DNA of 64,000 nucleotides from Bispira polyomma (taxonomy: Eukaryota): assembly GCA_965649765.1 (NCBI GenBank), contig OZ287752.1:66836001-66900000 (forward strand), read 5' to 3'. The number at the start of each line of letters is the position of its first letter. Within the stretch, counting starts at the first letter, position 1. This document shows positions 11,445-25,200 of the stretch, one piece after another. Made by a program: the position numbers and the translations under genes. Under the pieces are notes generated by a model, which worked only from the letters and a program-made list of their open reading frames with translations, searched no databases and was not told the origin of the DNA.

Positions 11445-13904
11445 AATCTAATCTAATCTAGTCGTACTTTTATAGCGCTTAATCTTTGTACAACAAATTC
11501 TAAGGCGCAACAAACCCAAAACGTTAATCGCAAATCAAAAATAGTGGGCGGATGGAAGTCGTAACCAGGGAGACTACCGTAGATGGTTGCGATGGCTAAG
11601 GTGGAAAAGCCTGTTCAAAAAGATAGGCCTTCAGCTTACTCCTGAAAGAGGAGAAAGTTTGAGCCAGGCGAACATGATCAGGTAGGCTGTTCCAAATGAG
11701 GGGGCCATCATGAGCTAGGCAGTGATTGAACTGAACTTTGGATTTGTGGATGCGAGGGTCGAAAGTGGGAATGTTAAGGTATAATTTATCAGGGTTACTG
11801 CGCCTAGTCCTGACTGAGCATGTATATTTGGATAGATGGGGGCTAAAATAAGTGGGTAATCCAGAATTTAGAAATTTATATATTATTGTTGCTGTTTTGA
11901 AAGCAACACCATATTTTATTGGGAGCCAGTGCAGTGACTTGAGTACAGGAGTAATGTGGGAAAATTTAGATGTTTTGGTCACAATACGTGCCAATGAGTG
12001 TTGGATATTCTGAAGGCGTCTGAGATCACTACGAGATAAGGAACGGAACAGAGAGTTGCAGTAATCAAGCCTGCTGCTGACCAAAGCATTGGCAACAGTG
12101 ATTGCAGTGGATTTTGAAAGATAGCGTCGAATCCGCCTGAAATCACGGAGGCCAACAAAACATGATCTACACACCGATGCGACATGGTTCGAGAAGGAAA
12201 ATTCAGAGTCGAACACCACACCCAAGTTTCGTACTTTGTCAGCTGGAAAAAACCTGCTGCCAAGAATGTCAAGTGGAAAACAGCTGGACAATTTTTCCCG
12301 TTGCGACTTGGAGCCAAACAAAATAAACTCAGTCTTCTCAGGGTTCAGGTTGAGTTTATTTGCTGCCATCCAGTGTTGTACATCAACCAGGCAGTTCTGT
12401 AAGGAAGTGAAAGCTACCTGGGCAGAGTCAGGTGTAAGGTGGATGTACAGTTGGGTATCATCAGCCTAGAAGTGAAAGTTTATGTTTTTGTATGCAGCAA
12501 TAATCTTGCTGAGTAGAGTGGTGTACATGGAAAACAAAATGGGACCCAGGACGGAACCTTGGGGAACACCAAATTTTAACCATGTTGGGTCGGATAAGAT
12601 ATTGCCAATTTTGACTGATCGGAATCTATCAGATAAATATGCCGTGAACCACTTACGCGCCATACCGCTGATACCGAACCAGGACGATAGGCACTCAAGA
12701 AGAACTTTATGATCAATAGTATCAAAGGCTGCTGACAGATCCAGCAGTACTAAGGCAGTAGGCATACCTTTGGATAAAGATGTATGAACATCATTTTTGA
12801 TGCAGAGAAGTGCAGTCTCGGTAGAATGACCACTTTTGTAGGCTGACTGATACTTATTGGACAGATTGCTGATGTCAACATGTTGTTTGATCTGTAAGGC
12901 AACCGCGCGTTCTACCAACTTAGAGATATAGCAAAGGCCTGAGACAGGACGGTAATTTTTCAAGTCAACCTTTGGAAGAGAATGTTTTTTTATTAAAGGA
13001 GTGACAATAGCCTTTTTAAAATCATCTGGAAAGACGCCATTTATCAACGAGAGGTTGATAAGTTTTGTGATTGAGGGCAATAAAATGTCAATACATTCTT
13101 TGACAAGGAATGTGGGCCACGGATCTAGCAAGCAAGATTTTACGGGTGATGCCAGTATAATTTTCCTGACTTCAACAGTTACTGTGGAGAAACAGTTGAA
13201 GACGGTTGGTGGAGCTGTTGGTAAAGGGGCATTTGGGGCAGCTAATGTAAAACCGTCACGGATTCTGGTAATTTTATCAGTGCAAAAAGTACTAAAAATG
13301 TTGGCCAGTGATTTGCTATTGGAATTTTTATAGTCTGTTTTTTGCGGTGGAGGGTGTTATTTAGTTTTTGCCAAAGTTTCTTCGGGTCACCCTCGCTTTG
13401 AGATATCATGTTAGCATAGTAGGCACGTTTTGAGTCATTTATAGTGTTGTTGCACCGGGTGATCCATTGGCGTAGTCTAGATCTATTTGTAGCTGTTTTG
13501 TTTCGGCGCCATGTTCGTTCGGCTTGCCTGCGCAGCATCTTCATTTCACGATAATTACTGGTGATCCACTCAGGTGCTGGCTTCTTCAATGTCTTTGATT
13601 TACATGGCGCATGGCGTTCTATAAGAGACAGCAGGTCAGTGCAGTACTGTGTGTATAGGTCAGTGGCATTATCAGCAGGAGACTTGGCGAAGGCCGTATC
13701 TGCCAACTCTCGTCTAAGGTCAGACATATTGATTTTTTGAAATTGCCGAAAAGTGATTTGTGTGACATCAAAAGATGGTGGGGAGGGAGCATCAATTTCA
13801 CAGGATATCGAAAAATGATCACTGATGCAACCAATGTTTTTTATGTTTTTGATACCATTGAAATCAGTGGGAGTTAGCAAGCAAGAAATTTCAAGCAAGC
13901 GAAG
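11445..13904 (-). mobile_element. 5'-truncated L2-clade LINE
   Basis: ORF2 remnants: endonuclease end (ISDHF), RT (LDLSAAFDTIDH, GVPQGSVLGP), C-terminal SRLDYCNS / LHWLP. 3' GCGCTATAAA end with (TAGAT)n tail at 11445-11461; candidate TSD ACAGCG at 11439-11444 and 13905-13910. Confidence 0.9.
11596..13898 (-). pseudogene. L2 ORF2 (endonuclease end + reverse transcriptase), disrupted
   Basis: ORF pieces 13242-13898, 12466-13131, 11596-12369; frameshift near 13330 and TAG replacing the Tyr of YADD at 12466-12468. Confidence 0.88.
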
Positions 13905-14511
13905 ACAGCGTTCGGCAAACCGAGTCTATATTGGATATTGTCGGGGTATGATGACGTCATCATTACGTCAAAATACGTCTTCAACACACCATTCTGATTA
14001 TGACGTCACAAGCTAGTTTGTGACGTCATATTAGAGTTACTATATGGAGTATATCAGCCAGAAACGACTCATTTTATAGCTTTGGAAATTGTGTTTATTT
14101 TTAACATAATAACTCTAACTTTATATTTTAAAGTACTAAAGGTAGTGTGCATCCCGAAATAATATATGGAGTATATCAGCCAGAAATGGCCCATTTTATT
14201 GCATGTAATATGTACTTTACTTTAAAATATGGAGTTAGAGCTATTATTTTAAATATATATCCCATTTTTTTAATTTTTAGAAATAATAACCTAACCCTAA
14301 CTTCATATTTAAAAGTCAAGTACACCTTACTCTATATATTAATCCAATCGCCAATTTGCTAGTTCGTGATTAAAATTCCAGGCGAGGTTTTGCAGTCCCT
14401 GACTGCTATCTTCTTGTTTAGGTGTACATTCTTGCCGTTACATGTCAAAACACGTATGATTTTATCCTAACGTAAATCTGTGGATTTAGACTCTCGTATT
14501 TACAAGCACTG

Positions 14512-14818
14512 GGGCTCGTATTCACAAACAAGTGAAATCATATTCCTAACTTAGATTTCAAGTATTGTGACTATTTTTTACTAAGTTAGATCCAAGTGGT
14601 ATTCACGAAAGAAAACTTACTTACTTTGGAGATAAAACCTATTTAGATTTCAAGTAAGGAGATGAGGTACCTTAGATTTTTTTCCTAACTTGGATTCTAA
14701 CTAAATGTAAGTAAGTGAAGTTTTTCACTTGTCCGTGAATACCACTTCAAATGAAATCTTTGGATAAGTTTACTTTCTTTGGAAAGTAAGTGAATTTTTT
14801 TTTTCTTGAATACAGCCC
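14512..14818. mobile_element. Harbinger-type MITE with CTG target-site duplication
   Basis: TIRs GGGCTCGTATTCA / TGAATACAGCCC flanked by CTG at 14509-14511 and 14819-14821; CWG TSDs are known for animal Harbingers. Confidence 0.7.
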
Positions 14819-16289
14819 CTGATGTCGTCAAACACTACTAACAGTACTGCTGCAAAATCTTGTGTTCCATGTAGGAAAATTCCACTACTAGATTACCAAC
14901 TATGGCAAACAAATACAGGACAATAGGACAGGGCCAACAGAACCAAGGGCTGAAACATTATGACACAGTGATACAATGCACAATTGGTTAGAATTATTTA
15001 ACCAGATTGCAGACAATTTTAAGTTTGGGGTAAATATAAATTTAAATGATTCTGAACTGGAAATAACGGTCCCACAAACTCAGATGTACATATGAAGAAA
15101 ATACAATGTGATATAAATTGACCTTGTAGGTATACTTTGATATAGGTTTGATGATGTTAGTTGAGAAAGATATAATGCAGTTTAGAGTATCTTTATTTAC
15201 CATTAAATTTTTTCATCTATACATAATTTTAAAGGATTTTTCATTATTTAAAATTTTAAAACACCACTATGGCTATAACTTGTCCCATAAACAAGAGAAT
15301 AACATACAAAAGAAAAGTATGCCAATCTGGCATCAATCGCCAATAACAGAGCTAAAAGTATTAAATATCTAGTAATAGATAATGTTTCATTCGTCCCATA
15401 AAAGAGACATAACATATAATAAAAAAGTATGCCACTCTGGCATAAATAACCCATAAAGGGCTGTCATTATATCAAAAAATAAAATCCATTAAAAGTTACA
15501 GATAAAATACCTATACATCTTGAGTTAAGCCATGCGTGGTACAAGTGCATTAGCCTCAAGTATGCTGATAACTGACACTGACATAATGTGGTATTGAGAT
15601 ACACGTATTACATGATAGTTCTAGTAACCGATAAAAAGTTAATTTTAAAAGATATATATATCAATATTTTGAAAATAGTTTTAGAAAATCAAAGTAGACA
15701 AGAGTACGTTTGAGCCGGGAGCCTTCAACACCAAGACGCCTGGCAACGTCGGGTCAAACCCCGCAGAGCTCCGAATTCTCTTAGCAGCCACGCCAACAGC
15801 AAGTTAAATTTATGAGGGGAGAGACCGACCATCACACAGGTCTTGACTAGAACGGATCCAGTTCACAATGAAAGACTATAGATTGCCTTTGTGTAAGGAG
15901 TGTGGAAAGAAAATTTTACTCCTTGTTTACCCTTTGACTTTGGGTTTCAATGTGAAGAATATGCCTAATGCAGCTGATCAGAGGGTTTTGAACCCAAAAA
16001 AACACAATGCTCTTGGTTACTATGCAATACAGTAAAGGCCTTTATTTGTGCGACTGACTGGCCATGCCCGAAGACAGTGACTATGACAGTCCCACAATTT
16101 CAGATGTATATATAAAGAAAATACAATGTTATATAAACTGACCTGGTAGGTATACTTTGATACAGATTTGAGGTTGGTTTAGAAAGATGTGATGCAGTTT
16201 GGAGTATCTTTATTTACAATTTAATTTTTACATCTGCACATAATTGTAAAGGAATTTTCATTCTTTAAAATTTTAAAAGGCCAAACCCA

Positions 16290-17215
16290 AAAAATTAAAA
16301 GGTAGAAGCAATGATAGCAGCGAAAGTTTCTGGAATGATAGAAGCTGTGTGAGAGGTTGATTTTAAATAACTCCAGACTGTATCAGATTTCCAAGACCTA
16401 TGTTTTTTTATCGACAAGAACAATGCCACATTGAGAAATTATGGTTTTTAAAGGTGTTCTTAAATGTGCTTCTGTAATACACTTGCCCTTTCGTTTGAGG
16501 GTCAGTCAGCAGAGGTGAATGTGGAGATACTGGTTATTTGATAAACAAAGCTTTTGCAGATCTAACGGGACACAACCAAAATTCTTGAGTGTAGGTAATT
16601 GAATAATATGTAGTTCTTGCCCGTTCTGATCTGTTTTTACCATTTTAAAATTAAGTGTATGCCTGGAGGAGAAAAAATGATGTCTGACCTTGTCAGATGT
16701 CTTGTAAGATCAAAAGAAGTGAGATTTGCTAGGGTGAGATTTAAAATTCGCAGAAAACCCCAAAATGCAAACAAATAAGCTGTTCTATACAATTTAGGAA
16801 AGTGGAGAAGTTGACACTGCCTAGAAATGGTAAGTAATTGTGTAATATCAAAAATGCCTTTAGTTTTTGGATGAAAAGCTGAATAAACCGTCAAAGATTT
16901 TTTAAAAAAGGCAAAAAAAAAAAAAAAAAAAATTAAAATTATTGTTTTGAATGTTATATTTCTTTTCAAAATATCTGATGGCTGCAAGATGGTTGTTGAC
17001 CACTTTGTATGAAAGGCCAGAGTGGTGTAAGTAGTCAAGAAAAGATAATATGCTTGCTAATGCAAAAGTATCATCAATGTCATAATAAACTGTAAAAGCT
17101 AGAAATAACTTCATCTGGCTGTCATACTGTCTGTTGGTCCAAAGTCTATGATTGTCTGCCATTCACTTCATAGCTTGTCTTACTAAAGGTCTAACAGTGT
17201 CTGAAGTCCTAACTT
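16290..17215 (-). pseudogene. Tyrosine recombinase remnant
   Basis: Fragments QMKLFLAF, NNHLAAI, YRTAYLFAFWGFLRILNL, RHLTRSDIIFSPPGIHLILKW and a KHRSWKSDTVWSYL-like end; many frameshifts. Confidence 0.8.
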
Positions 17216-17289
17216 CAAAATGAAGATCGTGAAAGAACGTGAAAATCTAACACTGAAAGATCACATTAAGAGAAAGTGTAAAGTTTCAA

Positions 17290-17810
17290 TATACAATCTC
17301 TGACAGATCAAACATATACGCAGATGGCTGACACAGGATCTTAAAATTACAGAGAGCCCAGAACCTTGCAGCAAAGCTGATATTGCAGAAAAAATCATCT
17401 GACAGCTCATATGAGGCACGAAGGACACTCCACTGGCTACCAATTGAAGCCAGGATTGAATTTAAGATTCTTACCACAGTACACAAGTGTATCCATGGCC
17501 AAGCTCCTGAGTACCTGCAAAATCTTTTTGCTCCTCAGACCGGTCGGCCCGGTTTGCGATCTTCAAAACAACATTTGTTGACCATTTCAAAAACTAAACG
17601 CACCTTTGGTGACAGATCCCTATCAGTAGCTGGACCATACCTTTAGAACAACCTCCCCAGAAAAGTTACAGAAATTGAGAATCACCCAATATTCAGAAAG
17701 GAACTCAAAACTATTCTATTTATAGAATACTATAGTCGTTAATTTTGTCTTTTGTGTACAGCGCTTTAGAAATGTTATATGTTATGTTATGAAGTCCTAC
17801 AATTAAAACT
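17290..17810 (+). mobile_element. L2-clade LINE 3' fragment
   Basis: LHWLPIEARIEFKILT..GQAPEYL..TFGDRSLSVAGP followed by an L2-like 3' end TGTACAGCGCTTT. Confidence 0.8.
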
Positions 17811-17829
17811 CATTTTGTAGTATGAAATG

Positions 17830-18890
17830 TGATATGGGAACTTCATACATATTAAGTCTATCATATAGTAAAGTCTTAATGTCACCAGTATATTATCATA
17901 AATCATGCCATCTTGATCATCCTGTGGTATGTTTGAGTGTAATGTGTACTAAAGTGAAATATACAACTGTAAATGTAAATGCAAACAATAAATCATTTGT
18001 TGGGAAAAGGCCACTGATGTGGACATTGCTAATTATCAGTCTTTGAATGATCTTAGTTTGAGTAAAATTAATATTCCATGGGATGCATTAAAATGTAATG
18101 ACTACTTCTGTGATATACATGAGGAGCATATAAATAATTTTCGTAAAGCCATTATAAATGCTAGTGTAGATGCTGCTAATATGTGTATTCCTACCACCAA
18201 TACAGAAAAAAGAAAGGCAATATTCCTGGTTGGAATGCATTTGTACGTTCAAAAAAGCAATCAGCCATTTTTTGGCATAATATGTGGAGAAGTAATGGTT
18301 CTCCACATAATGGTATCCTTGCTGAAATAAGACGGAGGACACGAGCTCAATATCATTATTCTATTCAGTTTGCTAAGAACAATCAGAATGGTATATGTGC
18401 AAAGGCAATGGCTGATGCAATATCATGTAACAACTCCAGGAAAGTCTGGACTGAAGTGAAAAATAAATTAAGTAATAAAAACTCCAGTATTCTGAATGTT
18501 GATAAGGTAACTGAAAAACAGAATATTTGCGATTTATTTGGTGATAAATATAAGACCTTATATACTTCTGTACCTTATAATGTTGAAAAGATGAAAACAT
18601 TATGTAACAGTATTGATAATAAAATTGTTGAGAATTGTATTGAACGCAAGTGTTATAATAAGCATGTCATTACTGTAAATGATGAAATTGATAGTGTTGC
18701 TAAATTGAAGAATAACAAAGGTGATGGGATACATAAGGCAATTTCTTGTAACATAATAAATACTCCCCACTTGTCATTTGTATATATTTCAATATTGTTC
18801 TCATGTATGTTACGTCATGGTGCTATACCAGGTGATATGACCCTTGGTACTATAACTCCAACAATTAAGAACAAACGTAAAAGCTTAGAG
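17830..18890 (+). mobile_element. LINE ORF2 fragment, RTE-X-like (endonuclease-RT linker to start of RT)
   Basis: IPGWNAFVRSKKQSAIFWHNMWRSNGSPHNGILAEIRRRTRAQYHYSI and GTITPTIKNKRKS; frameshifted. Clade assignment from remembered motif. Confidence 0.6.
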
Positions 18891-18894
18891 TTGA

Positions 18895-18896
<2 letters not shown>

Positions 18897-18961
<65 letters not shown>
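18897..18961. repeat. (AT)n microsatellite
   Basis: About 32 perfect AT units. Confidence 0.98.
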
Positions 18962-18965
<4 letters not shown>

Positions 18966-19599
18966 GATGGCCGCTAATGACGTCCCAACTTTCTGTTTAA
19001 TCATAACGTTTTTGATTTTTTGTTCAATTATAACGTTCTCAATAAAGACGTCTTTAATTTCTTGTTTAATCATAGCGTCCTTGTGTCGTCCTTAAAAGTG
19101 TATGATTAATCTTGAAAGTTTTACACATGTTACGATTATTAAACCCTGAATAAATACATTTTACTGTAGTGACACTTTCCTTACCTGAATCCATTATGTC
19201 ACTACTGTCTCTTGATGTCAAATTGTCTATCTGATGACATGTAATACAATCACTGTCTTTACTGATAACATTGTTTGAATATTTGTTATCTGTCCCAGTT
19301 ACAATAGAATTTTTACAACTATTTAAAACATTGGAAGTATCGTTCATTTCAGAAATAATTAATTTACCACCTAAACTCTGTTCAGTTCTGGTATTTGTAC
19401 TTAATAACCCCTTTACTATTATGCACCTCAGAAAAGTTTACTGCTGTGCTATCTGTTGGTCGTCTCCCGTCCTATTCTGTGTGAGTATTGGTGGTTGTTG
19501 GCTTGCTGTTTAAGCAAAAACATTTCGTCTCAGAATGAGTGTTCACCCAGTGGTTGTTGTGAAAGCAATTAGCACACATGTGTTTAAATAAAGTAGTCA

Positions 19600-20110
19600 T
19601 TTGGTACTCCCCAATAATTAAACCACAATATTATGTGTTAACGCTTTTGATTTTGAGTATACAATTGTAACTGAACGTACCTGTCACTTTCAATTTTGAG
19701 TATGCAGTTGTAACTAAACATACTTGTCACTTTGGTTCGCTCAAAGCTGGAATATGCATTATGTGTGTGGAATTTCCTACTTAGAAAAAGACATGAAGGC
19801 AGTTGAATTGGTACAATGCATGAGTGCACGTTTTGTCTGCAAGTACTATGATTGGAGCCACAGCGTAATACAGATGTTACAACAACTCGGCTGGGCAGAG
19901 AAGAACCGAAACCAGTCTCAGTTTCTTTTACAAAATTTTAAATGGAACAGTGGCAGTGGGCATAAAAGAGTAGCTGGAGTGGCCATACACCTCCACCAGA
20001 AAGAAACACAATCTGCAGTACAGAACTATTGAATCAAACTGTGACACCCACAAATTTTCATTCTGCCTATGAACAATACCAGTGTGGAATAACCTCAACA
20101 GTGAAATAGA
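19600..20110 (+). mobile_element. CR1-type LINE 3' ORF2 fragment
   Basis: LVRSKLEYA.CVW and KDMKAVELVQCMSARFV...SVIQMLQQLGW resemble the CR1-type post-RT region. Confidence 0.65.
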
Positions 20111-21739
20111 GGTTTTACATCAGACAGCGACAACATCAAGCTTGTTAGTTTGGACAAAGTCACAAAAAGGAGCACCCTTGTTTCTGATTGATCTGACATT
20201 TACATGACATACATTCAAATTTGATGTAAAACCTCTATTTCACGGTTGAGGTTATTCCACTGAAAATCAGAGTCTACTATATCTCCAATAATATATATTT
20301 ATTTCATTTCTAAACCTGTCAGTGAGAAAAGTGGGTTTTTAGAAATGTGACTATTAAACCATATTCTACTAGACATCATATCTCCATTTGTTTCCAGAAT
20401 TTGATAATCACACTATTCACTCCATTATGTTAAAACAGATTTCCAAAAGGGGTTTAACCTATTTTTAACAGTCACATACCATTCCCCTCCCAACAAAAAC
20501 AACCTGCTTAAATTGTCAAGTGAATATAGCAGTTGTTTGAGCCAGGTTTTGTAGAATTAGAAAAAATATGTTTTCATCCATGATAAATTTTAAGACTTTT
20601 CAAAATATTTAAATATTGACCATATTAAGGCTCCCGTGTAAATAATGTTTACAAATATCTTTCCTTTTTTTTATCTGGTTTTCCATTCCATATATAGCCA
20701 AATACATTAATATTGTTAAGAGTCCTTTCGAGTGTTGGGATAACATAACCAATTGGCTAATTTTGACAATATCAAGGTTTTTACAAAAGTCAGTCCACTG
20801 GCTGTAAGTTTGAAATGTCGGACATGATGTTAAAGTTAATCAATAAAGTGAAAATTCCAGTTCATTGATAATAAGTTTGAAATATGCAAGTATGCAGTAA
20901 AGACAAGTGATGGTAGAAAAAATTATGGTTTGAGTTTTATATACAGGTAAGGATGAAATTGCTGAAAGTTCTAAATTAAATGCGAATAGTGAATATCTCG
21001 CTGTAATGGTGAACACCTAAAAATAGAGAACACTTTGCTTTAATGACGATGACCTACGAATAGTGAATACCTTTCTATGATGAACACATTTGATACTTGT
21101 GAATTGTACAGTACCCCTATAGTGGCTGGGTTCTATGGAGTTTAATTGAACCCGATTTCAGGCATCGGCTTAATAATAGCTGGAATATAGATTCAATATA
21201 AAGAGGGTCCTCAATATACATTTAAATAATGTAATAGACTTATTACAGGGACGGTTATTGATCATTTCTATTTCCAAATAAAATATGTTGCACAATTAAA
21301 GTTTCTTAACCATCACTAGTCAAATAATTCACCCTTAGTTTTTATCATTACTGAGATCAAATAATTAAACAGTATTTCCTATGGTGTGAGTGGCCTTCTA
21401 AAAATTGTTTATAAGATCTTTACAAAAGATTACAAAAAGGTTACAAAAGATTGATCCCATGAAACCGCTCTTTGTACACAAGATTGAAACATTATGATTC
21501 CAACATCAGTATAGATGGCCACCACGCCCACTATTCACGGTAATGATATATTTTACCATGACACGTTTACAGCATGAATCATTTAATGGCAGCATTTGTT
21601 TTGTTAATCTGTTATTTCTAAGCTTATGCCACCCTATTTGAAGGGGCCTAGATAAGGCCTCCATGCCCTATTTGAACTCATCTAGATTAGCTGATATATT
21701 AAACCTCATTCATTCATTGGTTGTGTCTTCTAAGCTTAC

Positions 21740-22010
21740 ATGGGGATTGAATTCTGTGGCCTGATTAGTTGTCCATCCAAGGAGATTGAACCCCTCTGGT
21801 CTCTATAGTTGTCCCTTGTAATGCAATGAGGGTGGAAACCTCCGGACTGGTTGTCTCCGTCTAGGCCCCCATGAAGATCGAGCCCTCCGTCCTCATTGGT
21901 TGTCCCTTCTAGGCCTCCACAGCATTTAACCTGCTGCCTTATTGCTTGTCCCTCCTAGGTGTACACAGGGATTGAACCCCTGGCCTGATTGGTTGTCCCA
22001 CAATGGTTGT
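21740..22010 (-). repeat. Degenerate ~45-55-bp minisatellite with B-box-like core
   Basis: Recurrent GGGATTGAACCC...GGTTGTCCC units (reverse strand GGTTCAATCCC). Confidence 0.55.
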
Positions 22011-22132
22011 CTATGTGTCCTACCTCTACCCCACGAGAGGAGACAATGTTTGATACCTTTTTTTGTATATTTGAGTGTTGAAGTAGAGATTCTTGAATGA
22101 GTAAATAAATCAAAACAGTTCCTATTTTGAGT

Positions 22133-22201
22133 GGTTGTGTGGGATTCGAACCCACATCCATACACTTTACAGTACTATATCTTACCACTGCACCACTGAG
22201 C
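22133..22201 (-). pseudogene. tRNA-like sequence (tRNA pseudogene or SINE head; GTA in anticodon-like loop)
   Basis: Minus strand: A-box TGGTGCAGTGG and perfect T-arm GTGGG-TTCGAAT-CCCAC, but the acceptor stem does not pair. Confidence 0.6.
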
Positions 22202-25200
22202 TAGATGGAATACTCTGAAACAGTTTTGTGCAAGTTGTGTCGAAATACTTAAATGCACCTAGCTTTACACTAAAGTAAAACAAAGAAACTTCTTTTCATT
22301 GACTTCTATGCATTGACTAATATATCATTGCATCTATAAATTACATATTAGGCAGGTCCCCCAAAATAAAAGGAGATTAATAGTATTCAAAGATCTTATT
22401 CAATTTAATTATTTTGGTGAAGCAACTGTTATTAAAATGAAATAGATACTTATAATGTTTAAATATACTTTAAACAAAAAAGAATCTCTTACAGGATTTA
22501 AACCTATTTCATAAGACCATTAGCAAAAACATAATGTACACATATATTAAGTATACAAGTATTAGTATATGTGTACATTTTATTGATCTATATATTGATA
22601 ATCAATTGACTATTGATTTTTCAATTGACTATTGATTATTTAAAAAAATCACTAAACACAACTCTACCTAAAAACACACCATTGAAAGCATCAGACTTTC
22701 TGGTCCAATGGTAACAGTTTGAAACTAATTTCAGCATATTATTTTTGCAGATGTGTTTTATCCCATTTTGTTTTCTCCGTTATAACAATAACTTTTCCTA
22801 ATACATCTTCACTGGCAATCAATCTGTCAAAACCTTGCATATTATTTCTAAGGTTGAAGCAGCCTTTTTTTAAAGATGGCATAGCTGGTGTAGAAGCCAG
22901 ATTAACATGAAACAGAATCAGACCCCCCACCCCCCCCCCCCACCCCCCCACCCCACCCCCCAAATTTATATTAGCACAAAAAATATTTTAATAAATTAGG
23001 GAGTACCAAATGAAAAATCCTGGCTACTCCCCTACACTTGAAGAAAGTAAAGCTTGTGAGGACGACAATTTTTTTATGGTCCATTTGGTTTTGTCCAACC
23101 AAGCAAGGCGACCCTCCTTAACATCGTGCATGTTAGTTGCATAACTCTTGCGAGTAACTGGCAATAATATATTCAACAAATCTCTCAAAGTATCTCCCAA
23201 CTGCCTGAACATTGCCTGTGATATGTGGGTGTTCTTTACTTTAAGAATGTTCTATATCTGTCCGGCCACAAATTGAATTACTATGAGATCGTCATATGCT
23301 ACCCTCTTCTTATTAATACCCGACAAGTACCCCTCGTTTGGCCATCTTAATAACGGGTCAGAAACGCAAGTGTCTGAAACATTTTACTTCCCGAGTTTCT
23401 TTTGCGAAGGGAAATGCTGTGCTGCTGCTGTCTCATAGTGTTGTAATCTGCGGATAGCTCATTTTGAATAATGGCATAATGCCTGAGAACATCTGTGGAG
23501 AAATGTTGTGATGAATATCGCTCACTGCGTTTGACTGAAAAGCTTGGTTAAGATATAGATCCGCTGTCGGAAGCACAAAACCCGGATTAGTGGGTGGAGT
23601 AGCTGTGAAAGTCTGGGTACTGTGAACCAGGTTAATGTTGTTTTAACTTACATTCAAAATAAAAAAATGTAAAAACTGTGTTAGAAATGTAAAATATTAT
23701 AAAAATATGACGGCGTGTATAAACTTAACTTTTACTCCTTGCTTACCCTTCGACTTTAAGTTTCAATGTGAAGAATATGCCTAATGTGGCTGATCGGGGG
23801 AGTTTTGAACCCCAACGGCCACAATGCTCTAGGTTACTATGCAATACTGCAAAGGTCTTTATTTGTGCGACTGACTGGCCATGCCCAAAGGCAGTGACTA
23901 TAAAATTCATTATTTACAAAATAACATGAAGTGCAGCTACTATGACAATGACAGATGGCATAAAGAAAAAAACCATGATACATCAGTGATATAAATGATG
24001 TCATTACACCCATGAGTCACAATCACGTTACTTATTATTGTAAAGGAATGAGGACATTGTGATTTTTAAAGATATTAATAATTCTAAATCTGAAATAACG
24101 TACCACCAGGTCAGTATGGAGGGATACAAGGCCAGAATGAAGGTGACATTGAGGAAGTCATAAACAAGACAGTAGTTCTATAAAACACATTTGGAGTTTA
24201 TTTTAAACCACTTCTCTTTACACGTGACAGAGCTCTCCGTTTCTAAAGCATGTCTTCACTCGTCTGCGTAAGCAGCAGTAAGTAGTAATTCGTCTCTACT
24301 CGTCTGTATTCGTTGTGTAACGTTTAACTAAGCATCATACTGCACTAGAACGCAGCCGTAAGTAGCAGTACAGTAGCGCTACGTAGTAGTAGGTAGTGAT
24401 ATCCTACCAATAAAGTCTTCTTGTTTTCTCCCGCTCCCGTATGTAAAACTACCAACATCGTAACAAAACGTCACCAACATCGTCACAAAACATCACAATC
24501 GACTGCACTTTTATGAATATGACATCACTTTGATACGAAACTCCACATTTTCAGTTGGCTTTGCTACGTTGAAGGACGTCATCGCGTGTAGAAACACCTA
24601 TCTTGCAATTACTAGATAATTCCTATTTTTTTATGTGTGAGCTGTATAGATATTCACCCATGTGTACTTTTTAATATATTGTTAAACACCAACTGGCACT
24701 ACATTATGTAAACTTAATGAAGTATGATAAAAGCCTGAGTACCCATTAAGTTTGCATAATGTAAGTGCCACGAGGTGTTTATCTATTATAAAACCCAACT
24801 CAACTAAAACATCATTTCTGAAAATTTAAATTAAAGTAAGAACGCATCTAGCAAATAATGTAGTGATACTTCAATGGCAATAAATGAGGCTTGGGTTTTA
24901 TCAAGTTTTAACCCACTTTTCTATGTCGCCTTATAAAAAATGTTTTAAGGCCCAAATTTGGGTGTGCTACTGTGTACGCCTCACTTTTAGGAGAAGGTTT
25001 TAAGACTAAATATGGCTAATTGTGTGTTTTTGTTTGTCCCTCAATACTGATTTGGGTGTGCGTCTGTGTATGCCTCACCTTTCAAACACACGAGGACTCT
25101 ATGTGATATCAATTGAAATGTTACATCTTTACTTCTTTATGTCGAGTGGCACAAACTTTTCTAATTTATTATAATTTACTCTGTCTGATTGTTCATTTAA

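Larger units (their letters stand above)
15067..23903 (-). mobile_element. Degenerate Ngaro-type YR retrotransposon with complete split direct repeats (A1...B1-A2-spacer-B2), interrupted by LINE fragments
   Basis: A1 23730-23903 matches A2 15914-16086; B1 16087-16279 matches B2 15067-15260; gag remnants ~23010-23600 (RWPNEGYLSG..RVAYDDL, EGRLAWLD); YR remnants ~16290-17215. Confidence 0.8.

Noticed and set aside
18885-19073. ORFs with poly-(YI) tails
   Set aside because: Translation of an (AT)n microsatellite.
22133-22201. Functional tRNA-Tyr gene
   Set aside because: Acceptor stem does not pair and the anticodon stem is weak; treated as a pseudogene or SINE head.
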